In this document: one piece after another, positions 8,653 to 18,338 of the stretch
How the letters are laid out: each line of letters starts with the position of its first letter
Position numbering within the stretch: the stretch's first letter is position 1
DNA from: Mycobacterium sp.
GTDB taxonomy: Bacteria > Actinomycetota > Actinomycetes > Mycobacteriales > Mycobacteriaceae
Assembly (NCBI GenBank): GCA_035996225.1
Contig: DASYJS010000370.1
Span: forward strand, 3,917 to 67,916
DNA length: 64,000 nucleotides
Reading direction: 5' to 3'
Made by a program: the position numbers and the translations under genes
Notes under the pieces: generated by a model
What the model saw: only the letters and a program-made list of their open reading frames with translations
Told to the model about the DNA's origin: nothing
Database searches by the model: none

Positions 8653-8725
8653 GCCCCCATCGTCTAGTGGCCTAGGACGCCGCCCTTTCACGGCGGTAGC
8701 ACGGGTTCGAATCCCGTTGGGGGTA
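8653..8725 (+). tRNA. gluT: tRNA-Glu (anticodon UUC)
   Basis: GCCCCCATCGTCTAGTGGCCTAGGACGCCGCCCTTTCACGGCGGTAGCACGGGTTCGAATCCCGTTGGGGGTA; anticodon loop CTTTCAC; no encoded CCA. Confidence 0.93.
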
Positions 8726-8772
8726 CGCGCACGGCGGCAACGTCGGAGCGAGCAGTATTCGCAGGAAAGCAA

Positions 8773-8846
8773 GGCCCTGTGGCGCAGTTGGTTAGCGCGC
8801 CGCCCTGTCACGGCGGAGGTCGCGGGTTCGAGTCCCGTCAGGGTCG
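8773..8846 (+). tRNA. aspT: tRNA-Asp (anticodon GUC)
   Basis: GGCCCTGTGGCGCAGTTGGTTAGCGCGCCGCCCTGTCACGGCGGAGGTCGCGGGTTCGAGTCCCGTCAGGGTCG; CCA encoded at 8847-8849. Confidence 0.93.
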
Positions 8847-8881
8847 CCAGCACGGCGAGGCACACGCTGCCTTCCGGTCAC

Positions 8882-8955
8882 GGCCAGGTAGCTCAGTCGG
8901 TATGAGCGTCCGCCTGAAAAGCGGAAGGTCGCCGGTTCGATCCCGGCCCTGGCCA
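8882..8955 (+). tRNA. pheU: tRNA-Phe (anticodon GAA)
   Basis: GGCCAGGTAGCTCAGTCGGTATGAGCGTCCGCCTGAAAAGCGGAAGGTCGCCGGTTCGATCCCGGCCCTGGCCA; CCA encoded at 8956-8958. Confidence 0.93.
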
Positions 8956-8971
8956 CCACGTTGGACGAGTT

Positions 8972-9436
8972 CTACTGCGGCGGGAAACCGCCGGTGGCCA
9001 CCGGCCCCCAGCGGCCGGGCGTGACGCGAATCAGGCACTTGCCTTGATCCACCATGGCGCGGCGGTAGTCCGCCCAGTCCGGGTGCTCTCCGGCGATCAC
9101 CCGGAAGTAGTCGACGAGCGGTTCCACCGCTTCGGGCAAGTCGATCACCTCGGCCTCCCCATCGACTTGCACGTAGGCCCCATTGAAATCATCGGAAAGA
9201 ATGACCACGCTCGCCGACGGGTTGCGGCGGATATTCACACATTTCGCGCGTTGGGGATAGGTCGCGATCACGATGCGGCCCTGCTCGTCCACACCACCGG
9301 TCACCGGCGAACTGTGCAACGACCCGTCGGAACGGAACGTGCTCAGCAGCATCTTGTGTCTGGGCCGGATGAACTCGAGAAGTTCGGGAAGACCGACCAC
9401 GTCCGCGGTCGCCACTTTGGGAGCCATGGAAACCAT
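8972..9436 (-). CDS. PPOX-class (pyridoxamine 5'-phosphate oxidase fold) probable F420-dependent enzyme
   Basis: LLEFIRPRHKMLLSTFRSDGSLHSSPV...NIRRNPSASVVI is a typical split-barrel PPOX pattern. Start uncertain (M at 9436, 9427 or 9493). Confidence 0.78.
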   Translation of the reverse strand: MVSMAPKVATADVVGLPELLEFIRPRHKMLLSTFRSDGSLHSSPVTGGVDEQGRIVIATYPQRAKCVNIRRNPSASVVILSDDFNGAYVQVDGEAEVIDLPEAVEPLVDYFRVIAGEHPDWADYRRAMVDQGKCLIRVTPGRWGPVATGGFPPQ

Positions 9437-9523
9437 GGTAGCGACCCCGCGCACCGGCGCGTCTCGGCCGAATATCTGAACACGTTGCAGCACAACGCAT
9501 CGTGCTCTTTGGCGCGATGTCGG

Positions 9524-10021
9524 CTAGATCGGCGCGATCATGTCCGATGTTAGGAACTCAATGGGTGTCTGTGAGTGCGGCGATGGGCGGTCAATGAATA
9601 CCCAGGCGCCCGTCGTATTCGCAGAAATCGTGTCTCGCAGCGTCAGCGTTCCGGTCCCGGCTCCGTCGGTGTCGATACCACCGGCAGTAACCCCGGAATC
9701 TCCGACCACGCAGCCTGCCGAAGGCCTGGGCGACTGGATCAGTCTGACGTTGTAGTGGGTTTGCGGCTCGGCGGCAACCAATTGCACCTGCGCGACGACC
9801 TTATTGGGTGCCGCCTTGCTAATGACAGCCTGGCCGCTGCCCTTGCCATTTGTCGGCACATTTATCGCCCAGGTGAAGTCGCAGGCTCGAAATTTTGGAG
9901 TCAACGGCACCAGGGTGCCCGCGGAACTGGCATCCGCTGCGGCAACACCGATCATGCCCCAGAATGCCGCCGGCCCAAGGATATTGGCGCCAACGAACAA
10001 CAGCGCGATGGTTCTTCGCAT
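9524..10021 (-). CDS. Secreted hypothetical protein (Sec signal peptide, two Cys)
   Basis: N-terminus MRRTIALLFVGANILGPAAFWGMIGVAAADA looks like a signal peptide. The mature part is Thr/Gly/Val-rich. No family recognised. An AT-rich promoter region lies upstream. Confidence 0.7.
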   Translation of the reverse strand: MRRTIALLFVGANILGPAAFWGMIGVAAADASSAGTLVPLTPKFRACDFTWAINVPTNGKGSGQAVISKAAPNKVVAQVQLVAAEPQTHYNVRLIQSPRPSAGCVVGDSGVTAGGIDTDGAGTGTLTLRDTISANTTGAWVFIDRPSPHSQTPIEFLTSDMIAPI

Positions 10022-10406
10022 TCATTTCCTGACGCATCATTTCTGCTACAGATATTTTCTGCACAGATATTGTTGAGAACGTACCAAGGTAGTGAACGAA
10101 CTCGACTACAAATGAGCTGACAGTTACGCAAATCACATACCGGATATTGTGAAGTCCAGCTCACACATCGTCGTTTCAGGCCAGCCGGTTGTCGGGCATA
10201 TCTTCGGCCACAAGACCTTTCACCTGCTGTAGTAGATGACCTTGCCGCCGCCGGCCCAATTGCCTTCGGGAATCTCGTGGATCAGCGTCCAGACATGAAA
10301 CGCCCTTCGATAGGTGATCGGCCGCGGTTCATCAATGGCCCCCGACGGCGTATTTTCCGGCGTTGGCTTACCGGGCTAATCGACCAACAGCCGCGACAAT
10401 GACTGG

Positions 10407-11108
10407 ATGCGTCGTGTGCGCCCGTTCCTTTGGCTAGCGGTAGCCGTCGGCCTGGTCGCGGTGTCCGAACCCGCGGCCATGCAGGCAAGTCCTGACGTGC
10501 CGCCCGTCAGCGATGCGGCGCGCGCGGCCGGATTCGTCGACGTTCGTAGCGTCGTGCCCGATGCCATCATCGACCTGCGCTACGCGACGACGAACAACTT
10601 CACCGGCACCCAGTTGTATCCCTCCGACGCTCGATGCCTTGTACACCAATCCATGTCTCAAGGCCTCGCGACTGCCGCGTCAGCGTTGCGTCCGCAGGGG
10701 CACCTCTTGGTCTTCTGGGATTGCTACCGGCCGCACGACGTTCAGGTCAGGATGTTCAACGTGGTCCCCGACCCGGCGTGGGTGGCACGCCCGGGGCCCT
10801 ATGCGCACAGCCACGAGTCGGGGCGGTCGGTCGACGTCACATTCACCAGCGTCCAACCGCAGTGCCCACCCGAACGTCACGCAGACGGGATTTGCCTGGC
10901 CGACATGGGCACCGACTTCGACGATTTTTCCCCACGCGCAACGGCATTCGCAACTCAAGGGGTCAGTGCCGATGCTCAGGCGAATCGGGCCCGGTTGCGG
11001 GACGCGATGAAGTACGGCGGACTGACCGCGTACTCCGGTGAATGGTGGCACTTCGACGGTCCAGGAGCCGGCGTCGACCGCCCGATTCTCAACGTCCCCG
11101 TCGACTAG
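10407..11108 (+). CDS. lpqR: Exported VanX-type D-alanyl-D-alanine dipeptidase (M15 family), LpqR-like
   Basis: Signal peptide; IDLRYATTNNF, SHESGRSVD (SxHxxGxAxD-like Zn motif) and GEWWHF motifs. Position matches Rv0838. Confidence 0.85.
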   Translation: MRRVRPFLWLAVAVGLVAVSEPAAMQASPDVPPVSDAARAAGFVDVRSVVPDAIIDLRYATTNNFTGTQLYPSDARCLVHQSMSQGLATAASALRPQGHLLVFWDCYRPHDVQVRMFNVVPDPAWVARPGPYAHSHESGRSVDVTFTSVQPQCPPERHADGICLADMGTDFDDFSPRATAFATQGVSADAQANRARLRDAMKYGGLTAYSGEWWHFDGPGAGVDRPILNVPVD

Positions 11109-11111
11109 TCA

Positions 11112-11126
11112 TCTCATATAATGAGA
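11112..11126. promoter_or_regulatory. AT-rich palindrome between lpqR and the methyltransferase gene
   Basis: TCTCAT-ata-ATGAGA, followed by the related CATAATATGAG 12 nt later; 3 nt after the lpqR stop and about 45 nt before the next ATG. Function unknown. Confidence 0.25.
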
Positions 11127-11169
11127 CATAAGTTTCATAATATGAGCGGCTCTCGGTAGGCTATGCCCC

Positions 11170-11982
11170 ATGAACGACGAATGCCGGGCCAGCTACACGC
11201 ACGGACATCACGAGTCGGTGCTGCGCAGTCATCAGCGGCGCACCGCGGAGGACTCCGCGGGCTACCTGCTGCCGTACCTGAAGCCGGGGCTGTCGCTGCT
11301 TGACGTGGGTTGTGGTCCCGGGACGATCACCGCGGACCTTGCAATCAGGGTCGCGCCCGGATCGGTAACGGCCATCGATCAATTCGCCGATGTCCTCGAC
11401 GCGGCCCGCGCGGAGGCTCAGCAGCGCAATCTGTCCAATGTCTCGTTCGCGACCGCCGATGTGGATCGGCTCGACCTTCCCGACGACACATTCGATGTCG
11501 TGCACGCACACCAGGTACTGCAGCATGTCACCGATCCGGTGCAGGCACTGCGTGAGATGCGCAGAGTGTGTGTGCCCGGCGGAATCGTGGCGGCTCGCGA
11601 CGCCGACTACGCGGGGTTCGTCTGGTTCCCCCGGCCTGCGGCACTGGAGTTTTGGCGCGACATCTACCGGCAGGCGGCCCGTGCCAATGGCGGTGAACCC
11701 CATGCCGGGCGGCAACTGCTGTCGTGGGCGCTCGAGGCGGGATTTGACGACGTCACACCCACGGGAAGCCTCTGGTGTTATGCGACGCCCGAGACCCGCG
11801 ACTGGTGGGGCGGAATGTGGGCCGACCGAATCCTGTATTCCGGCATAGCCCGCGACATTTTGCGGTTGGGCCTGGCCACTACCGCACAGCTCGAGGAGAT
11901 CTCCGCGGCATGGCGGACCTGGGCCGCGGCCCAGGATGGCTGGCTGGCAATTCCGCACGGCGAAATCATCTGCCGCGCGTAG
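11170..11982 (+). CDS. Class I SAM-dependent methyltransferase (Rv0839-like)
   Basis: LLDVGCGPGTIT (motif I), DVVHAHQVLQHV, PGGIVAARD. Confidence 0.88.
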   Translation: MNDECRASYTHGHHESVLRSHQRRTAEDSAGYLLPYLKPGLSLLDVGCGPGTITADLAIRVAPGSVTAIDQFADVLDAARAEAQQRNLSNVSFATADVDRLDLPDDTFDVVHAHQVLQHVTDPVQALREMRRVCVPGGIVAARDADYAGFVWFPRPAALEFWRDIYRQAARANGGEPHAGRQLLSWALEAGFDDVTPTGSLWCYATPETRDWWGGMWADRILYSGIARDILRLGLATTAQLEEISAAWRTWAAAQDGWLAIPHGEIICRA

Positions 11983-12149
11983 AAGTTCACGCGGCCGGAT
12001 TCGGCGTCGGTCTCCGTCATCGATCCCGGCGCTGGCGCCAGCAGCACTAATCGCGGCGACGAGCGGTACACGACAGCGGATGGCCTCCGTTTGACCAGGT
12101 CAGCGCGTGGTATTGGCATTCTCTTTTTTTGCAAGTACGTTATTCATCG

Positions 12150-13727
<1,578 letters not shown>

Positions 13728-14162
13728 ATGGCGGTAAGAGTTCTGGTGGCCAAACCCGGCCTCGACGGACACGACCGCGGCGCCAAGATCGTCGCGCGCA
13801 CGCTGCGCGACGCGGGCTTCGAGGTCATCTACACCGGCATCCGGCAACGTATCGAAGACATCGCCTCGATCGCGGTCCAGGAAGACGTCGCCGTTGTGGG
13901 CCTGAGCATCCTGTCCGGTGCGCACCTGGCGCTCACCGCGCGCACCGTCGAAGCGTTGCGCGCCGCCGACGCCGCGGACATCGCCGTCGTCGTCGGTGGA
14001 ACCATCCCGCACGCCGACGTCCCCAAACTTCTTTCTGCCGGTGCCGCCGCGGTCTTTCCCACCGGAACACCGCTCGACACACTGGTGCGCGAAATCCGCA
14101 CCCTGACCGGCACCCCGCAACCCGCCCTAGAGGAAGCAGAGGAATCGTGCGCATCGGAGTGA
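13728..14162 (+). CDS. Acyl-CoA mutase small cobalamin-binding subunit
   Basis: DxHxxG (GLDGHDRGAKIV), SxL (GLSILSGAH) and GG (VVVGGTIP) B12-binding motifs. The ATG directly abuts the large-subunit TAG. Confidence 0.92.
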   Translation: MAVRVLVAKPGLDGHDRGAKIVARTLRDAGFEVIYTGIRQRIEDIASIAVQEDVAVVGLSILSGAHLALTARTVEALRAADAADIAVVVGGTIPHADVPKLLSAGAAAVFPTGTPLDTLVREIRTLTGTPQPALEEAEESCASE

Positions 14163-15103
14163 TGATCGGGCCGGAGCGCGGGGATTCCGCGCGCAAGGTC
14201 ACCAAGATGCTGGCCGACATCGACTGGGCCGAAACCGCAGGCCTGGACAGCGCCTGGATTCCGCAGATCCCCAACGATTTCGACGCACTGGTGGCGATCG
14301 CCCTGATGGGGACGCGCAGTACCCGTATCGAACTGGGCACCGCGGTCGTCCCGTTGCAGGCGCAGCACCCAATTGCGCTGGCCCGTCAAGCTCTATCAGT
14401 GCACGCCGCCACCGGTGGCCGGCTGGCGCTCGGCGTTGGACCATCGCACCACTGGATCATCGACGACATGCTCGGGCTGCCCTACCAACGCCCGGCCGGA
14501 TACACCCGCGACTACCTCGAGGTGCTGCACGCGGCATTCACCAACCCCGGCCCGGTCGACGTGGAGAACGACACCTTCCGGGTGCACAACCCGCTCGACC
14601 TGGCTCCGGTGGCACCGGTGCCGGTGCTGGTAGCGGCGCTCGGGCCGGTGATGCTGACGATCGCCGGCGAGCGCGCCGACGGCACCGTGTTGTGGATGGC
14701 CGACGAACGCGCCGTGGCCGAGCATGTCGTGCCGCGGATCACCAAGGCCGCCGACAACGCCGGCCGCCCGGCCCCGCGCATCGTCGCGGGCATCCCGGTA
14801 TGCCTTTGCGCGCCAAGCGAAGTCGACGCCGCGCGCGAACGGGCCAACCGGATTCTGGGCGAGGCCGAGGTGTCGCCCAACTACCAGCGGCTGCTTGGCT
14901 ACGGCGATGCCCAAGACGTCGGCGACATTTGCGCGGCCGGCGACGAGAAAGAAATCCTGGCCCGGATGCGCCGATTCGCGGACGCCGGCGTGACCGACCT
15001 ATCGGTGCGCCTGCTGCCGATCGGCGACAACCGGGACGAGCTGATCGCCTCCAAACGCCGGACCCGCGAGATGATTGCCGCGCTCGCAGCGGAGTTGCGG
15101 TGA
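14147..15103 (+). CDS. LLM-class (luciferase-like) probable F420-dependent oxidoreductase
   Basis: VRIGVMIGPERGD..., LDSAWIPQIPNDFDAL, GRLALGVGPSH. GTG at 14147 with GGAAGCAGAGGAA upstream (alternative ATG at 14162). The Arg-rich 150-aa extension in the ORF track is out-of-frame readthrough of the mutase small-subunit gene region. Confidence 0.85.
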   Translation: MRIGVMIGPERGDSARKVTKMLADIDWAETAGLDSAWIPQIPNDFDALVAIALMGTRSTRIELGTAVVPLQAQHPIALARQALSVHAATGGRLALGVGPSHHWIIDDMLGLPYQRPAGYTRDYLEVLHAAFTNPGPVDVENDTFRVHNPLDLAPVAPVPVLVAALGPVMLTIAGERADGTVLWMADERAVAEHVVPRITKAADNAGRPAPRIVAGIPVCLCAPSEVDAARERANRILGEAEVSPNYQRLLGYGDAQDVGDICAAGDEKEILARMRRFADAGVTDLSVRLLPIGDNRDELIASKRRTREMIAALAAELR

Positions 15104-16140
15104 CACCGGGAAACCCCGGACCTCTGGCGGGAACACGCATCCTCGAAGTCGGCACCATGCTGGCCGGCCCGTATGCCACCATGCTGCTCGCCGACCTTGG
15201 CGCCGAGGTCACCAAGATCGAGCCCCGCGGCGGTGAAATCTCGCGCGGTGTCGGCCCTGCCTATTTCGCCAGCCTCAACCGAAACAAGTCCAGCATCTGC
15301 CTGGACCTGAATTCCGATGCGGGACAGCAACGGTTGGGCGAACTGGTGGGCGACTCCCACGCACTTCTGGTGAACCTGAAACCGTCCGCGATCCGCCGGC
15401 TGGGGCTCACCTATGACGAGTTGGGACGGCACAACAAGCGGATCGTCTGCGTGGCTATCACCGGCTTCGGCCTGCACGGCGGCGACGATCCGGCCTTCGA
15501 CTATGTGGTCCAGGCGGGTTTCGGTATCGCCGCACTGACCGGAGATCCGGACGGCCCGCCGACGCTGCCCGGTTACTCGTCAGCCGATAATTCCACCGGA
15601 ATGTGTGCGGCACTGGGTCTTTTAGCTAAGATCATCTCCGGCACCGGCGGGCAAGTCGATGTGTCGCTACGCGACGTCATGCTGTCACAGCTGAACTATC
15701 ATGCGTCGGCTTATCTCAACAACGGCGTGGAGCCGCAGCGGCGGCCGAACGGTGCGCACTCGTATTACGTTCCTGCTCAGCTCTTTCCGACTGCCGACGG
15801 CTATTTGGCGCTGTTCATCACCCATGACGGGTTCTGGAATTCCTTTGCCACCGAGGCGGGTATCGGCGGTTTCGACACCATGGCCGAGCGGGTGGCCCGC
15901 CGGGACGAGGTGCTTGCCGTCGTCACCGCGATGCTGGCGACCGACACCGCCGCGGGTTGGGAACGGCGACTGCGTCCACTGGGAGTGCCTGCCGCGGCAG
16001 TGCGGTCGCTGCCCGAGGCCCTCAAAGCGACTCCGGAAGTGGTTGTCACGGCAGGTGATTTCCGCCTCGTCGGTAGTCCGATCCACGTTTCCGGCTATCA
16101 GCCCGACTACCGGCCGCCGCCGGAGCTGCCCGAGGAATAG
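15100..16140 (+). CDS. Family III CoA-transferase (CaiB/BaiF family)
   Basis: LAGTRILEVGTMLAGPYATMLLADLGAEVTKIE, NRNKSSICLDL, and the active-site Asp context YSSADNSTGM. GTGA start/stop overlap with the upstream gene. Confidence 0.88.
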   Translation: MTPGNPGPLAGTRILEVGTMLAGPYATMLLADLGAEVTKIEPRGGEISRGVGPAYFASLNRNKSSICLDLNSDAGQQRLGELVGDSHALLVNLKPSAIRRLGLTYDELGRHNKRIVCVAITGFGLHGGDDPAFDYVVQAGFGIAALTGDPDGPPTLPGYSSADNSTGMCAALGLLAKIISGTGGQVDVSLRDVMLSQLNYHASAYLNNGVEPQRRPNGAHSYYVPAQLFPTADGYLALFITHDGFWNSFATEAGIGGFDTMAERVARRDEVLAVVTAMLATDTAAGWERRLRPLGVPAAAVRSLPEALKATPEVVVTAGDFRLVGSPIHVSGYQPDYRPPPELPEE

Positions 16141-16147
16141 TGACCGG

Positions 16148-16202
16148 CCGAGCGTGACGCTGCAGTCACATTCGGCCTCCAACGTGACTGCACCGTCACG
16201 TT
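16148..16202. repeat. Twin-hairpin REP-like / terminator-like element, copy 1
   Basis: CCGAGCGTGAC-gctgca-GTCACATTCGG followed by AACGTGAC-tgcacc-GTCACGTT, 8 nt after the CoA-transferase stop and between convergent genes. The first hairpin is 25/27 identical to the one at 45810. Confidence 0.6.
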
Positions 16203-16217
16203 CGCCGCTGGCCTGAC

Positions 16218-17483
16218 CTAACGCGCTACGGCAGCTTGTTTCTCCTCATAGATCCGCGCCCACTCGGCACGTGGCCGGATGGACACGTCCACGTCAACCG
16301 CTTTGGCGCGCAAGGTTTTAACGGTCGCCCGGTCACGGGGTGTGTGGGCGAACGGATCCCAGCTGAAAAACCGGCAGGCGTTGGCCCAGGTGATCTTGTT
16401 GATGTCGGAGTCGTCGGCGCCGGCGGCGTCCAGCTCGGCCAGCACCTGCTCGGGTGCATCCGGCCAGAAGCAGTCCGAGTGCGGGTAGTCGCACTCCCAG
16501 GCGATGATGTCGATGCCGATCTCGTGGCGCAGCTTCAATGACGTCTTGTCGGTGACGTAGCAGGCCAGCGAGTGTTCGCGAAAGACGTCGCTGGGCAGCT
16601 TGTCGCCGAAGTCGCGGCGCAGCCACTTCTGGTTGGTGTAGTGGCGGTCGCTGCGGTCCAGGTAGAACGGAATCCAGCCGATACCACCTTCGGAGAATGC
16701 GAACTTCAGGTCGGGATAGTTGCGCATAGCGGGGCCCCACAACAGGTCTTGCGCGCACATCGCCGAGACCTGAGTGGCCAGAATGATCATGTTGTCGATC
16801 GGCGCGTTGGGGGCCATGCTGATCGCCCCGAATCCGGTGCCGATGTGCAGACACATCACCACGTTCAGTTCGGACAGCGTGCGAAACACCGGGGCCCAGT
16901 AGTCGCCGTCGTGGTAGCTCGGAAGCCCTTCCAGGTGCGGCAGTTCCGGCATGGTCACCGCCCGGCAGCCCTTCGCCGCCACTCGGCGGATCTCGACGCA
17001 CATGGCCTCCGGATTCCACGTCGGCAGAATGGCGATGGGGATGAACCGGTCCGGGTAGGAGCCGGCCCACTCGTCGATGTGCCAGTCGTTGTAGGCCGAC
17101 ACCATCACCAGAGTCGCCTCCTCGCGGTGCATGTTGAGGTGACGCGCGGAGAAGCCGGTGAATGTCGGGAAGCACATCGACGCGAGAATGCCGTTGCGGT
17201 TCATGTCCCGGACGCGTTCGTGGACGTCGTAGACGCCGGGGCGCATTTCGGCGAAACCGGCTGGATCGCGGCCCCATTCCTCGGCCGGCCACGACACCAC
17301 GGCGTTCAGTCCGCTCACACCCTGCGGCCTGCCCTGATACATCCACTGGTCGACGCCGTTGTCGTCAACCACGACGATCGGGGCCTCGGCCTTGTACTTG
17401 GCGGGGACGTGGCGCAGGAACATGTCCGGCGGCTCGACCACGTGGTCGTCAATGCTCACCAGGATCAGGTCATCGACATCCAT
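16218..17483 (-). CDS. Amidohydrolase_2 (ACMSD/LigW-like metal-dependent hydrolase/decarboxylase) family protein
   Basis: LILVSIDDHVVEPP (HxxEP N-terminal motif), MCFPTF, WECDYPHSD C-terminal motif. ATG at 17483 with GGAGAGGAA upstream. Confidence 0.85.
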   Translation of the reverse strand: MDVDDLILVSIDDHVVEPPDMFLRHVPAKYKAEAPIVVVDDNGVDQWMYQGRPQGVSGLNAVVSWPAEEWGRDPAGFAEMRPGVYDVHERVRDMNRNGILASMCFPTFTGFSARHLNMHREEATLVMVSAYNDWHIDEWAGSYPDRFIPIAILPTWNPEAMCVEIRRVAAKGCRAVTMPELPHLEGLPSYHDGDYWAPVFRTLSELNVVMCLHIGTGFGAISMAPNAPIDNMIILATQVSAMCAQDLLWGPAMRNYPDLKFAFSEGGIGWIPFYLDRSDRHYTNQKWLRRDFGDKLPSDVFREHSLACYVTDKTSLKLRHEIGIDIIAWECDYPHSDCFWPDAPEQVLAELDAAGADDSDINKITWANACRFFSWDPFAHTPRDRATVKTLRAKAVDVDVSIRPRAEWARIYEEKQAAVAR

Positions 17484-17519
17484 GACTTTCCTCTCCACAC
17501 AGTGGCGCAGCCGAATCGG

Positions 17520-17843
17520 CTAGCCGACACACTCGGTTGTCGTCGCCAGCAGCCGCGGAATCGGCGCGGGATCCAGCAACAGTGCGTCGGACATCGTCAG
17601 CTGGCCGGCGTTGGAAATCATGTTGTCCAAGACGGCCTGCAGGTCATCGCCCTCGATCTCGTAGATCGCGACATAGGGGCCGTCGCCGTTGACCGGACGC
17701 AGCCGCCGCGCCGAGACGAATCCGTCGAGAGCCACGAGTTCACCCAGATGGACTTCGTCGTACCAGGTGTTGTACTCCTGCTCACGGTCGGGCGAACTGG
17801 GTCGACTCTCAACGAGGATGATGCCCTTGGCCATCGTCGTCAC
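17520..17843 (-). CDS. Small ferredoxin-fold protein (EthD/Dabb-like), hypothetical
   Basis: 107 aa; ILVESRPSSPDREQEYNTWYDEVHLGEL resembles EthD/DUF4286-type proteins. Assignment is tentative. Confidence 0.6.
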   Translation of the reverse strand: MTTMAKGIILVESRPSSPDREQEYNTWYDEVHLGELVALDGFVSARRLRPVNGDGPYVAIYEIEGDDLQAVLDNMISNAGQLTMSDALLLDPAPIPRLLATTTECVG

Positions 17844-17855
17844 CTCTCTTGTGAC

Positions 17856-18158
17856 TTACTCGTAGCGCACCGTGACCGAATCCGTATCGGGTACGCCCTG
17901 GCACGTCAGAATGTAGCCGTCGGCGACCTCGTCGTCGTCGAGAGCGTCGTTAATCCGCATGGTCGCGTGGCCGCTCTCGAGGCGGGCCATGCAGGTGCCA
18001 CAGTTGCCGGCCTCGCAATTGAACGGGGGATCCAGGCCGGCTCGCCGTGCGCTTTCCAGGAGCGTTTCGCCAGGAACCAGGGCCACCGCCGCCTTCTTGC
18101 GTTCCAGGTAGATCGTCACCTGGCCGGGCTCGGCACCGTTTGGTGTGGGATCTGTCAC
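17856..18158 (-). CDS. Plant-type [2Fe-2S] ferredoxin
   Basis: CEAGNCGTCMARL...YILTCQG is the C-x4-C-x2-C...C motif. GTG at 18158 with GAGGAG 9 nt upstream; in-frame GTGs up to 18221 are possible. The rest of the 264-aa track ORF is antisense to the acyl-CoA synthetase gene. Confidence 0.8.
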   Translation of the reverse strand: MTDPTPNGAEPGQVTIYLERKKAAVALVPGETLLESARRAGLDPPFNCEAGNCGTCMARLESGHATMRINDALDDDEVADGYILTCQGVPDTDSVTVRYE

Positions 18159-18255
18159 CCTCGGGGTCTCCTCGATGATCGCGGTGACCGCCGCGCGCTG
18201 GAACGCTTCGGGTTCCACCACGGCCGCCCCGCCCGTACTTGCGTTCTTCAGTATA

Positions 18256-18270
18256 GAGAATACTATTCTC
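18256..18270. promoter_or_regulatory. Palindromic operator candidate GAGAATAcTATTCTC (site 1 of 4)
   Basis: Perfect 7-1-7 palindrome in the divergent intergenic region between the ferredoxin gene (-) and the acyl-CoA synthetase gene (+). Identical to the site at 57883. Confidence 0.5.
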
Positions 18271-18338
18271 ACTAAGCGATAGCATCTTCTCAGCTGTGCC
18301 GATGTCGGGTCAGCCCGGCCTGAAGGGAAGGACGGGAC

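Noticed and set aside
8439-8958. tRNA cluster as a possible genomic-island integration site
   Set aside because: There is no integrase, no recognisable duplicated tRNA 3' end and no mobility genes downstream. The flanking genes (PPOX, lpqR, Rv0839-like) follow the conserved mycobacterial order.
11983-12149. Possible cobalamin riboswitch upstream of the B12-dependent mutase
   Set aside because: I looked for a B12-box-like element and the usual conserved GC-rich core and saw none. The 167-nt spacer is also short. An Rfam scan would be needed to exclude it formally.
16572-18275. 567-aa plus-strand ORF, the longest such ORF in this part of the window
   Set aside because: It is antisense to three well-supported minus-strand genes (amidohydrolase, EthD-like, ferredoxin). 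The translation is Arg/Val/Gly/His-rich with no recognisable domain. The same reasoning applies to 49199-50647(-), 31368-32543(-), 35886-36977(-), 12690-13352(-), 33855-34742(-) and similar track entries.
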